DNA from: a virus
Lineage: Duplodnaviria; Caudoviricetes
Length of the DNA stretch: 26,224 bases
Reading direction: 5' to 3' (one strand)
Virus record (IMG/VR): IMGVR_UViG_3300032319_000730
Span: 1-26,224 of that record
The notes under the pieces are model-generated. The model had not been told where the DNA came from, did not search any database, and saw only the letters and a list, made by a program, of their open reading frames with translations. Each line of letters begins with the position of its first letter. The stretch's first letter is position 1. Made by a program: the position numbers and the translations under genes. Positions 20,274-26,224 of the stretch are shown here, in pieces.

Positions 20274-23057
20274 ATGAAAAACTCAACGTCCGTGAAAAAA
20301 ACACAACTTGGATACCCCGTCTTGTCCGACGACCTGCACGAAAAGATTTTCGGTGCACAAAAACCAAAAGAAATGTCTCGGCAAGCACTTCAGAAGGCTG
20401 AGAGCCTTCTTAAAGAATTCAATATTACCACCCCTGTTGATTACCCTGCCGGTCTATACGACGGCCCACTGCCCCTACCAGACCTGAAAGCCAGGTCGTT
20501 GAACAACCATTTCAACAAGATCGCACAAGAGCAAGTTGATCGCTATAAGATTCTGGGAAACAAGTTTTCCCAGTGCGAACTTCCTCCTCTTCCGCCAGCT
20601 GAACAGTTTCGGTTTGAAGCAGGCTGGACTCGTTATGAACTGGTGGAAGGCGAGTGGCAAATCACGAAAGTAGAGTTTCCTCAAGAAGAAGCCTTCACTT
20701 TTGATACGGAAACCTACGTTCACGGCGGTTCCTTCCCGATCATCGGAACAGCACTCAGCGAGAAAGCAGCCTATGTTTGGCTGGCTGCTGAGCTAATTGA
20801 TCCTACAATTCCCGAGGACGAGTGGGACCAGCATGAGCTGATACCGATCGGGACCAACCGTTTTATCCCAGGTCACAATATTAGCTACGACCGAGTTCGT
20901 GCTCGTGAGGGTTACAACCTTGACAGAACTGAGCCAGAGAATTTCTATTTTGATACACTATCCGCTCACATTGGTGTGTCTGGCCTTGCTAGCGGCCAAC
21001 GTTGGCTTTACGTTCTGGCAGGTAAAGATCCAGATGACCTCACAGCAGAAGAAAAGCGAAAGCTAAGGTACGCACCAAAGTGGCTTGACCAAGGTTCCAC
21101 TAACAGTCTTGTGCAGTGCTACAACTTTCATGTGGCGGCTGTGCGAAAATACTTCGGCGAGAATGTGAAAGAGTTGGGTGCGGATGACAAGAAAGTTCGT
21201 AACATCTTCGTCGATGCAACCAGTCTGACCCAAATTCGTCAAGTTCTGACTTCGGCGCTTGATTACGCTCTGAAAGATGCTTTCTACACTGCCGAGTTAT
21301 TTCAAGCCCTATGGCCAAAGTACCTGGACAGCACTCCTTCTCTGGTCGCTCTCTGTGGGCATTACCATCTAAATGGTTCGATAGTTCCACTTGTTGAAAA
21401 CTGGTCGGAGTGGATTGAGAACGTCGAGGTCGTTTACAAGAAATACAACGAAGAGATGACTCAGATTTGCAAAGATCTGGTTTGGAAAACGTACGAAGAG
21501 TGGCGCATTCTTTATCTCAACGACCCCGAGAAAGCTGAGAGGTGGACTCAACGCGACCCCTGGATTTCTCAACTCGACTGGGAAGTGAAAGCGACGAAAG
21601 GTAAGTACGCACACATTCCTACGTGGGTTCGTCCGTTCATTAAGGATGAAAATCAGCACATCGGCGTTAAGTCTAACCTTGCCCACTTGATGCTGAAACT
21701 CAAGTATGAAGGCACTCCGATGGTGCTCACAAAAACCAACGGCTGGTGTTACCACGACTCTGATTCAAACCTTGTTAAGATTCCGCACCCGAAAGGGAAT
21801 GGCGACAATGTTGGCGGTGTGCTGAGCAAGGATTTCGTCGAAGATATGGCTGTGGGTCGGTTGAGTAGCGATCTCCCTGAGGCGAAACGGGCACTGGAAA
21901 TTGCCAATGCTGTGTCCTACTGGACTTCCGTGCGCAAACGTGTGATGGATCGCATTGTTATGGGGGTGCAAAACCCTTATGGCGAAAACGCTCTCGTTAC
22001 TTTGCCGGAGATTCTGTGCCACGGCACCGTTACTCGGCGAACGGTAGAATCGCTCATGGTTACCATGTGCTCTACCAAGAATTGGCGTATCGGAACTGAA
22101 CTGAAAACCCGAGTGAAAGCACCGGATGGGTGGAAGATTGTCGGTGCCGACTTTGACGGTCAAGAAATGCAGATCGCCTCGATCTACAGCGACAAGTGGG
22201 AAGGCGGCCACGTCGGTTGTTCACCCTTTGGCTACAACGTCCTGAGTGGCTCGAAAGAGGCAGGCACGGACCCACACAGCGCCCTCGCCAAGCTGGCTGG
22301 AGTGGATCGGGACACGGCTAAGATCGCCGGTTTCGCCGTTCTATACGGGGCTGGTGTCCGTGCTGTGCAGACCTACATTCGCCGCAAGTACCCTGAAAAG
22401 TCGCCTACAGAGGTGAAGAACTTTGCGTACCGAATTCTAGAGGGCAAGAAGGGCAAGCAGCGGTCAGGCTTGTATGAAGGTGGCTCGGATTCCGGTTGTT
22501 TCAACTATATGGAGGAAATTGCGATGAGAACCCGCGTCCCGCAACTTCCTTGCCTGGGGACAAAGATCTCGACCGCGATGCGACCCTCGGCTGTGGGGAA
22601 CGATTTCAAAACTGGGCGGGTGAATTGGACGATCCAATCCTCGGGTGCGGAGATTCTTTCGATCTTCCTAACTTCGGTTCACTGGCTTGCCGCCGAGTAC
22701 AAGATCCCGGCCCGATTCATTTTGAGCATCCATGACGAGATCTGGTTTATGACTCCAGATCGTTACGCGGAGCAGTTTGCTGTTCTGTTCCAAATCGCTC
22801 ACATGTACACCTGGTCGCTGTTTCAATCTTCGGTGGACATTCCAGAATTGCCCCTGTCTCGTGCCTATTTCTCGAGCGTGGCGATTGATACTCGCATTCG
22901 CAAATCTCCGAAAGAAAGAACTGTTACACCGTCGAATCCTGGTGGTGACAAAGAACCTGGTGGGACTGAGTACTCGATGCAGGAACTCTCCGAAATCGGT
23001 GCAATCGACAAACTGACCACCCGTTACAACGCTATTCAAAAAGGTTTGATCAAATGA
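20274..23057 (+). CDS. family A DNA polymerase, mitochondrial Pol gamma (POLG/MIP1)-like
   Basis: Exo motifs FDTE, GHNISYDR, YALKD; pol motifs GADFDGQE, R..AKIAGFAVLYGAG, SIHDEI; gamma-specific blocks LS..LHEKIFG, GWTRY, DPWISQLDW, KIPHPKGNGDNVG, GTVTRRTVE, RVNWTIQSSG, TPSNP. Confidence 0.95.
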   Translation: MKNSTSVKKTQLGYPVLSDDLHEKIFGAQKPKEMSRQALQKAESLLKEFNITTPVDYPAGLYDGPLPLPDLKARSLNNHFNKIAQEQVDRYKILGNKFSQCELPPLPPAEQFRFEAGWTRYELVEGEWQITKVEFPQEEAFTFDTETYVHGGSFPIIGTALSEKAAYVWLAAELIDPTIPEDEWDQHELIPIGTNRFIPGHNISYDRVRAREGYNLDRTEPENFYFDTLSAHIGVSGLASGQRWLYVLAGKDPDDLTAEEKRKLRYAPKWLDQGSTNSLVQCYNFHVAAVRKYFGENVKELGADDKKVRNIFVDATSLTQIRQVLTSALDYALKDAFYTAELFQALWPKYLDSTPSLVALCGHYHLNGSIVPLVENWSEWIENVEVVYKKYNEEMTQICKDLVWKTYEEWRILYLNDPEKAERWTQRDPWISQLDWEVKATKGKYAHIPTWVRPFIKDENQHIGVKSNLAHLMLKLKYEGTPMVLTKTNGWCYHDSDSNLVKIPHPKGNGDNVGGVLSKDFVEDMAVGRLSSDLPEAKRALEIANAVSYWTSVRKRVMDRIVMGVQNPYGENALVTLPEILCHGTVTRRTVESLMVTMCSTKNWRIGTELKTRVKAPDGWKIVGADFDGQEMQIASIYSDKWEGGHVGCSPFGYNVLSGSKEAGTDPHSALAKLAGVDRDTAKIAGFAVLYGAGVRAVQTYIRRKYPEKSPTEVKNFAYRILEGKKGKQRSGLYEGGSDSGCFNYMEEIAMRTRVPQLPCLGTKISTAMRPSAVGNDFKTGRVNWTIQSSGAEILSIFLTSVHWLAAEYKIPARFILSIHDEIWFMTPDRYAEQFAVLFQIAHMYTWSLFQSSVDIPELPLSRAYFSSVAIDTRIRKSPKERTVTPSNPGGDKEPGGTEYSMQELSEIGAIDKLTTRYNAIQKGLIK

Positions 23058-23242
23058 AAAAAACTCGCAAGTCTCGCGTCACATCCGCAACAATTGAAAC
23101 AATGGTCGGCTTGACCGGAGTTTACTATTTGGTGACACCCTATGATAAAAAGGGACGGGAAATCCCCTCCTCCGTTCATTGTGCTTACAACTCAGAGTAT
23201 TTCTCCCCCCAACAAACTTTCACGATGTCTCGAGCCCTCTAA
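23054..23242 (+). CDS. small hypothetical protein
   Basis: 62-aa ORF with ATGA overlap with the polymerase. Confidence 0.6.
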   Translation: MKKTRKSRVTSATIETMVGLTGVYYLVTPYDKKGREIPSSVHCAYNSEYFSPQQTFTMSRAL

Positions 23243-23463
23243 TGCCGTTTCCTCTTCCCCTCGACCCGTATTTCCGAAAAGAAATTGTTTTCATATGGAT
23301 CTGCGATATTGACGATCGCCTAAAGATAGACGACCTGGAAGGCGCTAAAAAGAGCTGGAAAAATGCCAATGACATCTACCTTTCTTTACCTCCTGGGGGA
23401 GGGTCCGAGACCATCGAGAAACAACTTGTGGAGGCAAGGGTAAAACTTGACAGATTCACTTAG
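23242..23463 (+). CDS. small hypothetical protein
   Basis: ATG 23242 (TAATG overlap): MPFPLPLDPYFRKEIVFIWICDIDDRL... Confidence 0.65.
   Translation: MPFPLPLDPYFRKEIVFIWICDIDDRLKIDDLEGAKKSWKNANDIYLSLPPGGGSETIEKQLVEARVKLDRFT
23438..23445 (+). promoter_or_regulatory. GGGTAAAA putative late promoter for the tail genes
   Basis: 26 nt before ATG 23472, the first tail gene. Confidence 0.55.
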
Positions 23464-23471
23464 CAATTACT

Positions 23472-23801
23472 ATGCGAACCATTTCAACTGACGCTGAACA
23501 ATCTACTCCAGCAACCGGATCAAAACAAAAGAAACTCGAATCATTTTCTACCAAAATCTCCGACGGTCGAGAGATTCACATTCGTGAAATGACTGGCCGC
23601 GATCTCCTGTATATGGAGAAAGAACTTGGTAAGGCTGGCGACGTCGAACGAGGAATGAAGATCATTGAGCGCCTAATCGTGGGCTCCGACAAGATCACGT
23701 ACGAAGAAATCCTTGACCTCGGAGTGAAGGATTTCAAGAAACTGAGCGATCTTGTTGCCAAAGCCAGCGGATCGGACGAGGAGGATGCCGGCCCAAACTA
23801 A
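23472..23801 (+). CDS. tail assembly chaperone (gpG / P2 gpE / Mu gp41-like)
   Basis: SDGREIHIREMTGRDLL...ITYEEILDLGVKDFKKL pattern; ends at a slippery site. Confidence 0.8.
   Translation: MRTISTDAEQSTPATGSKQKKLESFSTKISDGREIHIREMTGRDLLYMEKELGKAGDVERGMKIIERLIVGSDKITYEEILDLGVKDFKKLSDLVAKASGSDEEDAGPN
23792..23798 (+). other. -1 programmed ribosomal frameshift heptamer C-CCA-AAC
   Basis: X-XXY-YYZ in the correct phase, immediately before TAA 23799. The -1 frame is open from 23798 to 24220. Confidence 0.8.
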
Positions 23802-24220
23802 TTGTCGAAGACCTTGAAGATTTCACTTACCTCTTGAATTTCGGTGGGGATGTTTCCATTCACGTTCGCGAAGTTTGTCCGAAAGATTTTTATTTCGCGC
23901 AGACCCTTCGAAACAAAGAAAGTGGGTTAATTCCTTTGGTCTCCCGTCTTGTTCAAAATCCCGACGATTTAGTTTATTTCTCGTTGCCCCAGACCGAGAA
24001 AATCTTTAAGTGGGTTGGGGAAGAGCTGATCAACGAGAAAATTCTAACGGTTGAAAATTGGCTCGAAGTTTCGTTTCACCTCTGCAAACAACGCTGGGAT
24101 AGCACTGTAGACTGGTTGGAAAAACAACCGATGAGCAAAATTCTTCAAATGATTAGCATCTTAGAGGACTTCGCCGAAAAACAACAGCAAGAGATTAAAA
24201 AGGGTTCAAAGGGTAGATGA
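23798..24220 (+). CDS. frameshift extension of the tail assembly chaperone (gpGT-like T portion)
   Basis: The -1 frame reads LIVEDLEDFTYLLNFGGDVSIHVREVCPKDF...; only a TTG start (23834) is available otherwise. Confidence 0.75.
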   Translation, partial: LIVEDLEDFTYLLNFGGDVSIHVREVCPKDFYFAQTLRNKESGLIPLVSRLVQNPDDLVYFSLPQTEKIFKWVGEELINEKILTVENWLEVSFHLCKQRWDSTVDWLEKQPMSKILQMISILEDFAEKQQQEIKKGSKGR

Positions 24221-24630
24221 TCAATTTTCAGGTCAAGAAAGATGGTTTCACCCAGTTTAACTTGGACTGGTGGAAACCCACTCAGAAAGAGTGGGCTCCT
24301 GTTCTTCTAAAAGATCAGGCCGTACCCTGGAGGCAGGAGTCCGATCCCACAACCGGAAGGCCCTGGGTTTCCCTGACACCAAAGTACGCACTTGCGAAAC
24401 TCCGCAAATTCCCCGGTCAACCGATCTTGAGGGCAACCGGAAAAATGCAAGACGAGGCCAAGATTCTACCGAAAGGAGAAGGCTTCGAGGTGAAAGCATC
24501 TCCCTACGGGGCATATCACCAATTTGGAACTTCGCGTATGGCTGCGAGGCCATGGGTGGGAATTCCGGACAATTCTCTCAAGCAGCTCTCGCCAATTGCT
24601 TGGAAACACATTCTCTCTCGTAAATCTTAA
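24217..24630 (+). CDS. virion morphogenesis / tail completion protein (Mu gpG, P2 gpS-like)
   Basis: DPTTG.PW..L...Y, ILRATGKMQ, YGAYHQFGTSRMAARPWVG. Confidence 0.85.
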   Translation: MINFQVKKDGFTQFNLDWWKPTQKEWAPVLLKDQAVPWRQESDPTTGRPWVSLTPKYALAKLRKFPGQPILRATGKMQDEAKILPKGEGFEVKASPYGAYHQFGTSRMAARPWVGIPDNSLKQLSPIAWKHILSRKS

Positions 24631-24632
24631 TC

Positions 24633-24944
24633 ATGGCAACAAAGAAAGCAATCGACAAGGAAGAAATTTCTTCGGTCGTTCAACCGGCTCCCGCAAATAT
24701 TGAAGTGAAATCCCTAACTGAGGAGCCAGTTCCCGCACCAGAAGCTACTCCAAAAGAAGAAATTGAAACCGATGTTCGCACAAAGTTGCAAAGTCGGACA
24801 ACTGAGGAAGATATTTTTGTTCCTACGAGCCCCGCTGTTCTTGAAGCCGCTGCCAAAAAAGTGGCTGAGCAGGAAGGTTTTGACCTTAACAGAGGTACAT
24901 CAATCGGTGCTCGGCTTTTAGCTCGATCCCGTAAGATGGTCTGA
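24633..24944 (+). CDS. hypothetical protein (Pro/Glu-rich, probably largely disordered)
   Basis: 103-aa ORF within the tail module. Confidence 0.7.
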   Translation: MATKKAIDKEEISSVVQPAPANIEVKSLTEEPVPAPEATPKEEIETDVRTKLQSRTTEEDIFVPTSPAVLEAAAKKVAEQEGFDLNRGTSIGARLLARSRKMV

Positions 24945-24945
24945 G

Positions 24946-25308
24946 ATGATTACACTTCCCTTTCAACCTCAATTTACTTGGAGAAAACTCGGGTACCAAT
25001 ATTACACGAACTCACTAGAGTATCGTGCGGTTCTTGAGTTAAACCCACAGTGGGCAGTTACCGAGTTGCCACCGTTGGGGGCGCAACTTCTTCTGCCCAA
25101 TCCTGAGAGCCCGTCGGGAAGTTTAACCCAAGCGACTTTCATTTCAGGCAGCGCCGAGGGGGAGCAAGCAGATGCAATCTTCCCCTTTGATTCCGAGAGC
25201 GAGTATGTTGCCTCGTTGAGTAGGTACACTTTGCAAGGAGTTGTTCTTCGCGAGCAACTGAACGGTTACACTTCTGAGAGTCTTCCGGCAATCACCGGAA
25301 ACCAGTAA
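24946..25308 (+). CDS. baseplate protein with LysM-like / P2 gpX-like N-terminal domain
   Basis: TWRKLGYQYY.....YRAVLELNP.......LGAQLLLP pattern. Confidence 0.7.
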   Translation: MITLPFQPQFTWRKLGYQYYTNSLEYRAVLELNPQWAVTELPPLGAQLLLPNPESPSGSLTQATFISGSAEGEQADAIFPFDSESEYVASLSRYTLQGVVLREQLNGYTSESLPAITGNQ

Positions 25309-25316
25309 GGGTAAAA
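25309..25316 (+). promoter_or_regulatory. GGGTAAAA putative late promoter for the sheath gene
   Basis: Immediately after the stop at 25308, about 100 nt before the sheath ATG. Confidence 0.55.
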
Positions 25317-25333
25317 ATAAGTACACGTTCGTG

Positions 25334-25393
25334 TCCCAATAGTAGCTCTACGGAGACCACGCAGGAATCCTCCTTGCCTGCACTACTACGGGA
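25334..25393 (+). ncRNA. candidate structured 5' leader (three-way junction) of the sheath mRNA
   Basis: TCCC/GGGA plus TAGTAG/CTACTA closing stem, CTC-TACG-GAG hairpin (cUACGg), GCAGG/CCTGC hairpin. Confidence 0.45.
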
Positions 25394-25418
25394 AAAGTAG
25401 GAACACTTACTCTTAAAA

Positions 25419-26224
25419 ATGGCCACTTTCTCTCTTGGCAGCGGAACAACTCCCGGCGCACCTGGTGTATACATCAATGAGCGCGCAGGTCTTGTCGCAA
25501 ACGCCGCCGTCGCTAATTTTAGCACTGTTTACATGCTGGTGGAAACCGAGGAAACAACCCCGGTTACACTTTTCCCTTTTAACACACCGACTCCAATCAC
25601 TTCTCTGACTGATTACACGGCGCTGATTGGCGGTGTAATTCCTGAGAACCGTATTCCCCTTCTGAGCTACAACTGCGTTAACGAGTTTTTTCAGAATGCC
25701 CAAATCGGTGACCTTCGGGTTGTTCGCGTAGGGACTCCCGACCAAATCGTTGAGATCGAAATCCTTCCCAACGGCACAAAACAGGGCAACTCCGGCCTTC
25801 CTTCACAGCTGAATGCTGGCGATATCGTATACGCTAAGCTCGTTCTGAACGGAAACCGTCTTGTTGCTGGCGATGGCGCCACAGGGTTCAATGCCAATGG
25901 AGAGTGGCTTGGTGTTCCGGTTACAATCCCCGTAGATTACATCTCTGGCGACGAAGTCAACAACCGCCAGATTTCACTTGCGATTGTCACTGCTATTTCG
26001 GATGCGATCGAAAGCAACCCGAGCGTTCGCAGTTCGATTTACGTTCGTGACTCCGGTTTGGTGATTGACCTGGATCCTCTGTCAAATTCCGAAAACGGCT
26101 ATGTGAGCATCGCCGCCACAACTTTCGATGCCAATGTCAGCGTAATTCCTATCACTGTCGCAGTTGGATCGCAAGAAGTTCTGATGCAGAATGTCTACGA
26201 TATTCAGAATATCGTGGGTCAACA
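25419..26224 (+). CDS. contractile tail sheath protein (3'-truncated by the window)
   Basis: Not in the ORF track. Read manually: MATFSLGSGTTPGAPGVYINE...PTPITSLTDY..LIGG...VNEFFQNAQ...RVVRVG, a classic sheath N-terminus. Confidence 0.88.
   Translation, partial: MATFSLGSGTTPGAPGVYINERAGLVANAAVANFSTVYMLVETEETTPVTLFPFNTPTPITSLTDYTALIGGVIPENRIPLLSYNCVNEFFQNAQIGDLRVVRVGTPDQIVEIEILPNGTKQGNSGLPSQLNAGDIVYAKLVLNGNRLVAGDGATGFNANGEWLGVPVTIPVDYISGDEVNNRQISLAIVTAISDAIESNPSVRSSIYVRDSGLVIDLDPLSNSENGYVSIAATTFDANVSVIPITVAVGSQEVLMQNVYDIQNIVGQ

Noticed and set aside
14880-22420. Short GC-rich patches (about 14880-15060, 17560-17700, 22250-22400)
   Set aside because: They fall inside continuous ORFs and largely coincide with Ala/Pro/Arg/Gly-rich sequence; significance cannot be established without computation.
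20274-23057. Intron or intein in the polymerase or topoisomerase
   Set aside because: Both ORFs are continuous and collinear with their families; no intein splice motifs or LAGLIDADG blocks were seen.
1-26224. tRNA/rRNA genes and stop-codon reassignment
   Set aside because: No cloverleaf with a T-loop/D-loop pattern was recognised, and standard-code ORFs tile the window with TAA, TGA and TAG all used as stops.

Overview
This window is a 26-kb segment of a contractile-tailed (myovirus) dsDNA phage, probably a freshwater cyanophage (host inferred, not shown). Almost all genes are on the + strand. Left half: densely packed small accessory ORFs plus nucleic-acid processing enzymes (PNK-type kinase, PPP-family phosphatase, 5'-3' exonuclease, HAD 3'-phosphatase, an inverted HNH endonuclease, Nmad1/DUF1599, SprT protease). 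These are punctuated by six copies of an exactly 75-bp promoter/stem-loop element that ends in an ATG and often supplies the stop codon of the preceding gene. Centre: a five-gene candidate DNA hypermodification cluster (TET/JBP-like dioxygenase lacking the canonical 2-oxoglutarate-binding Arg, TET-associated glycosyltransferase, EcbF/BcbF HAD phosphatase, RmlA-like nucleotidyltransferase, APH-like kinase). Right half: a GyrA/ParC-type topoisomerase subunit with a remodelled QRDR, a full-length mitochondrial Pol gamma-like DNA polymerase, and the start of the tail module (tail assembly chaperone with a -1 frameshift site, tail completion protein, gpX-like protein, partial tail sheath). Three recurrent promoter-like motif classes are visible. 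All family assignments come from motif recognition by eye; no searches were run.
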